Assembly: GCA_963744995.1 (NCBI GenBank)
Contig: CAVUWA010000002.1
Span: 1,056,001-1,120,000 of the forward strand
Length of the DNA stretch: 64,000 bases
From: Candidatus Eiseniibacteriota bacterium
Lineage (GTDB): Bacteria > Eisenbacteria > RBG-16-71-46
Direction of reading: 5' to 3'
Shown piece by piece: positions 9,391 through 17,505 of this stretch. The notes under the pieces were generated by a model. The model searched no databases, was not told where the DNA came from, and worked only from the letters and a program-made list of their open reading frames with translations. Numbering within the stretch: the first letter of the stretch is position 1; each line of letters begins with the position of its first letter. Made by a program: the position numbers and the translations under genes.

Positions 9391-10416
9391 GTGAAGGCCA
9401 GGCCGTGTTACCGGGCGCGCGCGCCGCTCAGGGTGTCGTTCTGCGGTGGCGGCACCGACGTTTCTCCGTATCCGGAAGAGCACGGCGGCATGGTGCTGTC
9501 GGCGACGATCAACCAGTACGCGTACGCCTCGCTCAGGCCGCGCCGCGACACGCGGTTCACGCTGTCGAGCCTCGACTACGACGTGGTCGCGCGCTACGAC
9601 CACCCGGGGCGCATGCGGCTCGACGGCAACCTCGATCTCATCAAGGCCGCGATCCGCGCGCTCAGGGTGCGGCGCGGCGCCGACCTGTGGGCGCATTCCG
9701 ACGCGCCGCCCGGCTCCGGTCTGGGCTCGTCGTCCACGCTGGTGGTGGCGTTGCTCGGCGCGATCAGCACGTGGATGAAGCGGCCGCTGTCGGGCTACGA
9801 GATCGCCGAGCTCGCCTACCGCGTCGAACGCGTGGACATGGGCCTCGCCGGCGGCCGCCAGGATCAGTACGCCGCGGCCTTCGGGGGCTTCAACTTCATC
9901 GAGTTCAACCGCGACTCGACCGTGGTGAATCCGCTGCGCATCCATCCGGACGTCCTGAACGAGCTCGAGTACCGGCTGCTGCTGTGCTACGTCGGCCAGA
10001 CGCGCCAGTCGGCGAAGATCATCGAACGGCAGACCGCCTCGTACCGTCACGGCGACGAGGCCGTCGTCAAGGCGCTGCACCACCTCAAGCAGCAGACGCT
10101 CGAGATGAAGAAGGCGCTGCTGCTCGGCAAGGTGGACGCGCTCGGCGAGCTGCTGCACGAGGCGTGGGAACACAAGAAGCAGCTCGATCCGGGAATCGCC
10201 ACGGGGCCGATGAACCGGCTGTATCAACGCGCCCGCAAGGAGGGTGCGATCGGCGGCAAGATCACCGGTGCGGGGGGCGGCGGCTACTTCCTGTTCCTCA
10301 CGCGCTTCGACCGCAAGCATCGCGTGGCGGCGGCGCTCGAGAAAATGGGCGCGCAGGTCGTGCCGTTCCAGTTCGACGTCCGCGGCCTGATCACCTGGTC
10401 GTCGGAGACGCGTTGA
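9391..10416 (+). CDS. hddA: GHMP kinase, D-glycero-alpha-D-manno-heptose-7-phosphate kinase-like
   Basis: RAPLRVSFCGGGTD, PPGSGLGSSS, GGRQDQYAAAFGGFN, GGKITGAGGGG. SD AAGGAG before GTG 9391. Confidence 0.8.
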   Translation: MKARPCYRARAPLRVSFCGGGTDVSPYPEEHGGMVLSATINQYAYASLRPRRDTRFTLSSLDYDVVARYDHPGRMRLDGNLDLIKAAIRALRVRRGADLWAHSDAPPGSGLGSSSTLVVALLGAISTWMKRPLSGYEIAELAYRVERVDMGLAGGRQDQYAAAFGGFNFIEFNRDSTVVNPLRIHPDVLNELEYRLLLCYVGQTRQSAKIIERQTASYRHGDEAVVKALHHLKQQTLEMKKALLLGKVDALGELLHEAWEHKKQLDPGIATGPMNRLYQRARKEGAIGGKITGAGGGGYFLFLTRFDRKHRVAAALEKMGAQVVPFQFDVRGLITWSSETR

Positions 10417-11567
10417 GGCCGAGAATCGCCCTGCTGGGCCCGCTCGCGCCGTGGCGCGGCGGGCTCGCGCAGTACCTGGCGCTGATGGGCGAGGCGCTCA
10501 TGGCCCACGCGGACGTCACCGGCGTAACGTTCACGCGCCAGTACCCGGATTTCCTGTTCCCGGGCGAGACGCAGTTCGACGACACCGCGCCGCGCCCGCG
10601 ATTTCCGACCGAGGCGCTGCTCGATTCGATCGCGCCGTGGAGTTGGAAGAAGACGGCGCGCGCGCTCGAGGCGTTCGCGCCGGGCGCGGTGATCCTCAAG
10701 TGGTGGATGCCGTTCTTCGGGCCGGCGTTCGCCTCGTCGGTGGGCCCGCTCAGGAGGCGCGGCACGCGGGTGGTGCTGGTCTGCGACAACCTGGTGCCGC
10801 ACGAGAAGCGCCTGCTCGACGACGCGTTCACGCGCTGGATGCTGCGCAACAGCGACGGCTATCTGGTGATGTCGGAGAGCGTCGAGCGGGACCTCGCCCG
10901 TCTGAAGCCGGGGGCGCCGCACCGTCGCGTGCTGCATCCGCTGTATGCCCAGTTCGATCAGGGCCGCTACACCCGCGAATCGGCACGCGCGAAGCTGGGC
11001 GTGGAGGGCGACGTGCTGCTGTTCTTCGGCTACATCCGCCGTTACAAGGGACTCGACACCCTGCTCGAAGCGTGGCCGAAGGCGCGCGCCCGCCGGCCGA
11101 TGACGCTGCTGGTCGCGGGGGAGTGCTACGAGGATCCGGCCGAGTACGAGCGCCTCGCCGCCGCGGCGGGCGAAGGCGTGCGGCTGATGCAGCGCTACAT
11201 TCCTGACGACGAGGTGGAAGCGCTGTTCAAGGCCGCGGACGCGGTCGTGCTGCCCTACCGTTCCGCGACGCAGAGCGGCGTCACCCACGTCGCCTACGCG
11301 CTCGGCAGGCCGGTGATCACGACCGACGTCGGTGGACTGTCCGAGACCGTTCATCCGGGGGAGACCGGGCTCGTGGTCCCGCCCGGCGACCCCGGCGCGC
11401 TCGCCGAGGCCATGGTGCGTTTCTTCGAAGCGGACCTGGGACCGCGGATGGCCGCCGGCGTGGCCGCATTGCAGGCGCGGCACTCATGGGAGACGCTGGC
11501 CACGGAGACGATGGCGCTGCTCGACGGTCTGGCGCCTGCGCGCGGCTGGCGGACGGACGCCGCGTGA
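10413..11567 (+). CDS. Glycosyltransferase family 4
   Basis: PWRGGLA, FFGYIRRYKGL, PYRSATQSGV. TTGA overlap. Confidence 0.88.
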   Translation: MRPRIALLGPLAPWRGGLAQYLALMGEALMAHADVTGVTFTRQYPDFLFPGETQFDDTAPRPRFPTEALLDSIAPWSWKKTARALEAFAPGAVILKWWMPFFGPAFASSVGPLRRRGTRVVLVCDNLVPHEKRLLDDAFTRWMLRNSDGYLVMSESVERDLARLKPGAPHRRVLHPLYAQFDQGRYTRESARAKLGVEGDVLLFFGYIRRYKGLDTLLEAWPKARARRPMTLLVAGECYEDPAEYERLAAAAGEGVRLMQRYIPDDEVEALFKAADAVVLPYRSATQSGVTHVAYALGRPVITTDVGGLSETVHPGETGLVVPPGDPGALAEAMVRFFEADLGPRMAAGVAALQARHSWETLATETMALLDGLAPARGWRTDAA

Positions 11568-11610
11568 ACGGCGGGAGGGGCACCATGCCGGCGGAGGGAG
11601 CGAGACGGTG

Positions 11611-13218
11611 GTGAACGCGGAGGAGCCCCGCGCCCGCGCGGTCGCGCCCGCGCCGCGCCGCGCGCCGATGGCGCAGGTGCTGCGCTGGCTGCCGGTATTC
11701 GCGTTCCTGGTGTTCGCGGTGACCGGCGGCGGTCGCGTGGTCGGCAGCGACGAGGTCACCATGCTCGAGCTCGCCCGTGCGATGCTGCACGGCCACGTGG
11801 ACGTACCGGTCGGAGCGACGCTCGACGGCCCGGACGGCAGGCACTACACCAAGAACGCGGCCGGACAGGCGGTGATCGCGCTGCCGCTGGTGGCGGCGGC
11901 CGAGGGCGCGGCCGCGCTCGCCGGTTTCGATCCGCCGCGCCGGCGCCTCGCGGTGCGCTTCGCCACGTCGTTCTTCAACGCCGCGATCACCGCGCTCGTG
12001 CTGACGGTCTTCTACCTGCTGGCGCGCATGATCGGCGCCGGTCCGGGTGCGTCGCTCGGCGGCGCGCTGCTGCTCGGCTTCACCACGCCGCTCTGGCCCT
12101 ACGCCAAGAGCTTCATGGCCGAGCCGCTGCAGGCGCTCGGCCTGCTGCTCGTGCTCATGGGTGCGGTGGCCGCGCGCAAGATTCCGCGCGGCGAAGGCAT
12201 CGCCTCGCTGGGCATCCTGATCGCCGTCTCGGCGAAGCTCAGCATGCTGCCGCTCGCGCTCGCCTGCCTGGCGCCGATGTGGGGGCTCTCGTGGCGGCGC
12301 TTCGTGCGACCGGCGCAGAGCCTGCTGATCGCGCTTGCCGGACACGCGATCTACAACTGGGCCCGCTTCGGCACGCCGCTCGAGACCGGCTACGGCGCGC
12401 AGGCTTCGGCCGCGGCGTTCACGACGCCGCTGCTGGTCGGTCTCTACGGACTGCTGATCTCGTCGGGCAAGGGGGTCATGTGGTATGCGCCGCTGCTGTG
12501 GCTCGTGCCGATCGGCTGGAGGAAGATGCGGCGGGATGCCGTGCCGCCGCCGGTGGCCGGGGACGCCCCGCCGGTGTGGACGCCCGCCGGCGCCGCGCAC
12601 ATCGCGTCGTGGGGCGTGCTCGCCGCGTGGGGCGTCGGACTGTTCCTCTATGCGCGCTTCCAGCACTGGGCCGGCGACGGCTCGTTCGGGCCGCGCTACC
12701 TGATTCCGCTGCTGCCGCTCGCGTTTCTGCCCGTCGTGCTCGCGCTCGAGCATGCGACGCGCGCGCGGAAGATCGCGATCGCCGTGCTCGCTGCGGCCGG
12801 GCTGACCGTGCAGATCGGCGGGGTCGCGGTCTACTTCGGCGCCCAGATGCGCGAGGCCGGCGACTTCCCCTACACGCTGCCGCTCGACCACCCGCGTTTC
12901 ATGAGCGACAGCCATTTCAACCCCGCATTCAGCCCGATCGCCGGGCACTGGCGCATGCTGATCCGCAACGCCGGCGAGCAGCTCGCGGGCCACGGACCCA
13001 GGCTCGAGCTCGCCGACACCGGCACGTCGCGGCTCGGCATCGACGAGGCGGATCAGGCACGGTTGCTGCACGCGCTCGACTTCTGGTGGCTCTATCTGAC
13101 CTATGCGGGCTTCCCTGCGGCGCCGGTATTCGCGGTGGCCCTGCTGCTGGTCGCGCTCGCCGTGTACGCCGGGATGCGCCTGCGGCGCGCGTACGTGCTG
13201 GAGACCCGCGGCCCGTGA
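11611..13218 (+). CDS. GT-C-fold (polyprenyl-phosphate-dependent) membrane glycosyltransferase, putative
   Basis: DE in the first external loop (GSDE), PLWPYAKSFMAEP, YNWARFGTPLETGY, W.G..SFGPRYL; many TM helices. Start GTG 11608 or 11611. Confidence 0.7.
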   Translation: MNAEEPRARAVAPAPRRAPMAQVLRWLPVFAFLVFAVTGGGRVVGSDEVTMLELARAMLHGHVDVPVGATLDGPDGRHYTKNAAGQAVIALPLVAAAEGAAALAGFDPPRRRLAVRFATSFFNAAITALVLTVFYLLARMIGAGPGASLGGALLLGFTTPLWPYAKSFMAEPLQALGLLLVLMGAVAARKIPRGEGIASLGILIAVSAKLSMLPLALACLAPMWGLSWRRFVRPAQSLLIALAGHAIYNWARFGTPLETGYGAQASAAAFTTPLLVGLYGLLISSGKGVMWYAPLLWLVPIGWRKMRRDAVPPPVAGDAPPVWTPAGAAHIASWGVLAAWGVGLFLYARFQHWAGDGSFGPRYLIPLLPLAFLPVVLALEHATRARKIAIAVLAAAGLTVQIGGVAVYFGAQMREAGDFPYTLPLDHPRFMSDSHFNPAFSPIAGHWRMLIRNAGEQLAGHGPRLELADTGTSRLGIDEADQARLLHALDFWWLYLTYAGFPAAPVFAVALLLVALAVYAGMRLRRAYVLETRGP

Positions 13219-14126
13219 AGCGGCTGACCGTGATCGTGCTCAACTGGAACGGCTGGAACGACACGGCCGCGCTGCTGCCGACGCTCGGGCGCTGCCGCGT
13301 GCCGGAGGGCTGGACCGCGCGCGTCATGGTGGTGGACAACGGCTCCACCGACGGTTCGCCCGAACGTCTGCGCGCCGCATTTCCCGAAACCGAAGTACTG
13401 GCGCTCCCCGAGAACCGCATGTTCGCGGGCGGCAACAACGCCGGCCTCGAGCGCGCGCTGGCGCGCGGCGACGACGCGATCATGCTGCTCAACAACGACA
13501 CCGAAGCGGACCCCGGGCTCTACGAGAAGCTGCTGCTGGCGCTCGAGCAGGACCCGCAGGCGGGCGCCTGCGCACCGCTCATCTACCATGCGCCGCCCGG
13601 CGACTCGATCTGGTACGCGGGGGCCGCGTGCGTGCCTGCGCTCGGCTGGGCCGCGCACCGCGGGCTGCGCGAGAAGGATCGCGGCCGCTATCGCGAGATC
13701 GAAACGACCGGCTACCTGACGGGCTGCTGCCTGCTCGCATGGGGCGAGGTGTGGAAGAAGGTCGGGCTGCTGGATCCGCGCTATCACATCTACGCCGAGG
13801 ACGCCGACTGGTGCCTGCGCGCGCGCACCGCGGGCTACCGGCTGCTGTTCGTGCCGACCGCGCGGCTCTGGCACAAGGTGTCGTCGTCCTCGGGCGGCGC
13901 CGCAAGCGCGTGGAAGATCTACCAGCGCCTGCGTGCGAACCTGCGGCTGTTCGCGACGCACGCCCGCGGCCCCGCCCGCGTGACCTGGCTGCCCGCGCTG
14001 CTCGCGCAGCAGGCGGCGCTCATGGGCTGGCTGGTCCTGCGCGGGAAAGGCGGTGCCGCGGGGGCGGTGCCGCGCGCCCTGTGGGACGCGCTGCGCGGCC
14101 GGCCGGCGGCGGAGGTGCGGGCGTGA
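13215..14126 (+). CDS. Glycosyltransferase family 2
   Basis: IVLNWN, VDNGSTDGS, FAGGNNAG, LLNNDT, YAEDADW. Confidence 0.9.
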   Translation: MKRLTVIVLNWNGWNDTAALLPTLGRCRVPEGWTARVMVVDNGSTDGSPERLRAAFPETEVLALPENRMFAGGNNAGLERALARGDDAIMLLNNDTEADPGLYEKLLLALEQDPQAGACAPLIYHAPPGDSIWYAGAACVPALGWAAHRGLREKDRGRYREIETTGYLTGCCLLAWGEVWKKVGLLDPRYHIYAEDADWCLRARTAGYRLLFVPTARLWHKVSSSSGGAASAWKIYQRLRANLRLFATHARGPARVTWLPALLAQQAALMGWLVLRGKGGAAGAVPRALWDALRGRPAAEVRA

Positions 14127-14190
14127 GGGGGACGGCGCGGGAGGCCGGGCGGCAACGGACAGGCCCCGGCGCCGGGCACAGGCTGCGCGC

Positions 14191-15021
14191 ATGACCGTGC
14201 CCTGGGCGAAGAAGCCGGCCATTGCTCCCGGCGAGCCGCCGCTGTTCCTGCGCGAGATGATCGCCGCGCAGCCTGGAGGGGCGCGCGTGCTCGACGCCGG
14301 CTGCGGGCCCGGCTCGTGGCCGTACGATCTGCGCCCCGATCTCAAGATCACCGGCTTCGACGTCAAGTTCCCGCCCGGTCCGCCCGCGCGCTCGCCCCAC
14401 GTCACGGTGTTCCGCGGCGACCTCGCGCGGCTGCCGGTGCGCGCGGGCACGTTCGACCTCACGGTGTGCCACTACGTGCTCGAGCACGTCACCGAGCTCG
14501 ACGCCTGCTGCGACGAGCTCGTGCGCGTGACGAAGCCGGACGGCACGCTCTACCTGTCGGTGCCGCGCGCGGCGGCGTTCGACGATCGCCTGTATCGGTT
14601 CGCCGGCTACTTCGCGAAGTATGCGCTCGGCAAGTTCCGCAAGCGGATCGAGCATCAGCAGCGTTTCGATTTCGAGAAGCTCAAGCGGCTGTTCGCCGCC
14701 CGCGGCTTCGGACTCATCGCGTACGCGAAGGTCCCGGCCGGGTTCTCGTGGATGAATGACGCGCGCACCAAGGCGCTGCAGGGGCCGTTCACCGATGCGC
14801 TCGCCGCGCTGCACCGGTGGGTCGGCATCGATCTCGCCGCCGATGCGAACTTCGTGATGACGTTCCGGAAGGGCGCGCACGCGGCGCCCGCCGTGCGGCG
14901 CGTCACGCACGTCTGCCGCGAGTGCGGCGAGCACGCCGTACTCGATCCACCGTCGCCCGCCCCGCACACGTGGGTTTGCCCGTGGTGCGGCAAGCCGAAT
15001 CCGTTTGGGAGACCGCGGTGA
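14191..15021 (+). CDS. SAM-dependent methyltransferase with C-terminal zinc ribbon
   Basis: VLDAGCGPG, FDLTVCHYVLEHV; C-terminal CREC-x17-CPWC. Confidence 0.8.
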   Translation: MTVPWAKKPAIAPGEPPLFLREMIAAQPGGARVLDAGCGPGSWPYDLRPDLKITGFDVKFPPGPPARSPHVTVFRGDLARLPVRAGTFDLTVCHYVLEHVTELDACCDELVRVTKPDGTLYLSVPRAAAFDDRLYRFAGYFAKYALGKFRKRIEHQQRFDFEKLKRLFAARGFGLIAYAKVPAGFSWMNDARTKALQGPFTDALAALHRWVGIDLAADANFVMTFRKGAHAAPAVRRVTHVCRECGEHAVLDPPSPAPHTWVCPWCGKPNPFGRPR

Positions 15022-16049
15022 AGGTCCTCCACGCTCCGGCCGAGATCGCCGGGCAGGCTTCGACGCTCGCGAAGGCGCTGCGGGCGATCGGCGTGGAGGC
15101 GCACTCGATCGCCTACAACCCGGGTTTCCCGCAGTACACCCCCGACGAGATGCACGACTACGACGCGCGCTCCGCGCTGCGGCGCTACGCCGGGTATCTG
15201 AAGACGCTCGCCGCGCACCTTGGCCGCTACGACGTCTATCACTTCCACTTCGGCCGCACGCTGGTGCCGCCGCACAACCCCGACCTGCCGCTCTACCGCG
15301 CGGCCGGCGGGCGCGTCGTGTTCCACTACCACGGCTGCGACATCCGCAGCCGCGCGCACATGCTGGCCACGCACGCCCGCGCGGCGTGCACCGAGTGCGA
15401 TCCGTTCTGCAACCCGGCGCGGCAGCGCGCGATCGGCCGCGCGGCGGCGCGTTACGCGGACGCCGAATTCGTCTCGACGCCGGACCTGCTCGAATCGGCG
15501 CCGCGCGCCGGGCACCTGCCGGTGGCGATCGACCTCGAGGATTACGCGGTGCAGCCGGTGCGGAAGACGCCGCGGCTCGTTCTGCACGCGCCCACCAACC
15601 GGCTGATCAAGGGCACGCGCTACGTCGAGGCGGCGTTCGCGGCCCTGCGCCCGCGTTTTCCCGGCGTCACGTTCCGCACGGTCGAACGCCTGCCGTGGCA
15701 CGAGCTGCGCGCCCTAATGGCGGAGGCCGACGTCGTGGTGGACCAGGTGTTCATGGGCTGGTACGGCATGGTCGCGGTCGAGGCGATGGCGCTCGGCCGG
15801 CCGGTGCTGTGCTTCATCCGCGACGACTTCGAGCCGCGGCTCGAGGGCGACCCGATCGTGCGCACGACGAAGGAGACGCTGGCGGAAGACCTCGCGCGGG
15901 TGCTGGCCGGGGCCGACCGCGAGGCGCTCGCCCATCGCGGGCGGGCGTTCGTCGAGCGCGAGAACGCGGCGCCGCGGATCGCGCGGCACCTGCTCGAAAC
16001 CTACGAGCGCCTGACGGGCGCCCGCACGGGGGAGACCGCCGGTGCGTGA
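15018..16049 (+). CDS. GT-B glycosyltransferase (GT4-like)
   Basis: HAPTNRLIKGT, DQVFMGWYGMVAVEAMALGRPV. GTGA overlap. Confidence 0.85.
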   Translation: MKVLHAPAEIAGQASTLAKALRAIGVEAHSIAYNPGFPQYTPDEMHDYDARSALRRYAGYLKTLAAHLGRYDVYHFHFGRTLVPPHNPDLPLYRAAGGRVVFHYHGCDIRSRAHMLATHARAACTECDPFCNPARQRAIGRAAARYADAEFVSTPDLLESAPRAGHLPVAIDLEDYAVQPVRKTPRLVLHAPTNRLIKGTRYVEAAFAALRPRFPGVTFRTVERLPWHELRALMAEADVVVDQVFMGWYGMVAVEAMALGRPVLCFIRDDFEPRLEGDPIVRTTKETLAEDLARVLAGADREALAHRGRAFVERENAAPRIARHLLETYERLTGARTGETAGA

Positions 16050-17484
16050 GGCCCTGAAGCGGCTGACCGGCGAGTCGGTGGTCTACGGCCTTGGCCAGGT
16101 GAGCGGCCGCGCCGTGCAGCTGCTGCTGGTACCGGTCCTCACCCGCGTGCTGACCCCGGGCGCCTACGGTATCGGCGAGCTGGTGATCGCCTATGCGCAG
16201 ACGGCCGTGCTGATCCTGGTGTTCGGCATGGACGGCGCGCTGGCGCGCTTCTTCTACCACGAGCCCGACCGTGCGGCGCGGATCCGCATGGCGTCCACGT
16301 CGCTCGTCTTCCGCCTGGTGACGGGCGGACTGGTCGCGCTCGCGCTCGCACTCGCCAGCGGGCCGATCGCCGACCTCGTGCTGGGCGGCGCGGTGTATCG
16401 CAAGTACCTGCTGCTCGGCGCGGTGACGTTGCCGCTCACGCTGCTGGTGCTGTTCTCGAACGACGTGCTGCGCGTGACGTTCCAGCCGTGGAAGTTCATC
16501 GCCCTGAACCTGACCCAGACCGTGGTCACGGCGACGGTGGCCGTGTGGATGGTGGTGTTCCAGAAGACCGGCGTCGTCGGCGTGCTCTACGGGCGCCTCG
16601 CCGGCGACGGCTGCGCGGCGCTGGTCGGGCTCGTGCTGGTGCGCCACACGATCCGGCCGCACTTCGAACGCGCCGTGCTCCGCAAGATGCTCGCCTACGG
16701 CCTGCCGCTGGTGCCGGTGGCGTTCGCCTACGGGGCGATCACCGCGGTGGACCGGTTCACCCTGCAGCGCACGCGTTCGCTCGAGGAAGTCGCGGTGTAC
16801 GCGGTGGCGATGAAGTTCTTCGCCGTGGTGACCATGGGGGTCTCCGCGTTCCAGCTCGCCTACGGGCCGTTCGCGTTCGCGCGTGCGCACGAACCCGACG
16901 CGAAGCGACTTTATGCCCGCGTGTTCGCCGCGTTCGTCTCGCTGGGCTCGCTCGGCGCGCTGATCGTGGCGGTCTTTTCGCGGGAAGCGCTCGCCGTGCT
17001 GGCGCCGGCGTCGTATGCGGGCGCCGCGGTCCCGGCGGCCTGGCTGGCCTTTGCGGCGGTCGCGCAGGGTGCTTACTATGTCGCGTCCGTCGGCGTCGGC
17101 CTGGCACTGCAGACGCCGTGGCTCGGGCTCTCGGCCGGGGGCGCCGCGGTGGTCGCGGTGACCGCCAATGCGCTGCTCACCCCGCGCTTCGGCCCGGTGG
17201 GGGCGGCGGCCGCGACCGCGCTCGCCTACGTCACGTCGGCGCTGCTGACCTATGTCGTGGCGCAGCGCGTGTATCCGGTGCCGTACCGCGGCATGCGGCT
17301 GCTGGCCCTGTTCGCGCTGGCGCTGGCGGCGGGGCTGTGGCTCGCGTCGCATGCGCCGGCAGGCGCCGCCGGCGTCGGACTGCGCGTGGTCGCGGTGCTG
17401 GGTTTCGCCGGAGTGTGTGCGCTTGCGCGCGTATGGAAGAACGATGGAGCGGTTGCGCCCGAACGCGCGGCCGGGCCGGTCTAG
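16042..17484 (+). CDS. wzx: Wzx/MOP-family oligosaccharide flippase
   Basis: LLVPVLTRVLTPGAYG, GMDGALARF, DRF..VAVYAVA, NALLTPRFGPVGAA; about 12-14 TM helices. Confidence 0.85.
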   Translation: MREALKRLTGESVVYGLGQVSGRAVQLLLVPVLTRVLTPGAYGIGELVIAYAQTAVLILVFGMDGALARFFYHEPDRAARIRMASTSLVFRLVTGGLVALALALASGPIADLVLGGAVYRKYLLLGAVTLPLTLLVLFSNDVLRVTFQPWKFIALNLTQTVVTATVAVWMVVFQKTGVVGVLYGRLAGDGCAALVGLVLVRHTIRPHFERAVLRKMLAYGLPLVPVAFAYGAITAVDRFTLQRTRSLEEVAVYAVAMKFFAVVTMGVSAFQLAYGPFAFARAHEPDAKRLYARVFAAFVSLGSLGALIVAVFSREALAVLAPASYAGAAVPAAWLAFAAVAQGAYYVASVGVGLALQTPWLGLSAGGAAVVAVTANALLTPRFGPVGAAAATALAYVTSALLTYVVAQRVYPVPYRGMRLLALFALALAAGLWLASHAPAGAAGVGLRVVAVLGFAGVCALARVWKNDGAVAPERAAGPV

Positions 17485-17505
17485 AGATCAGGGGGAACAC
17501 GGGTC

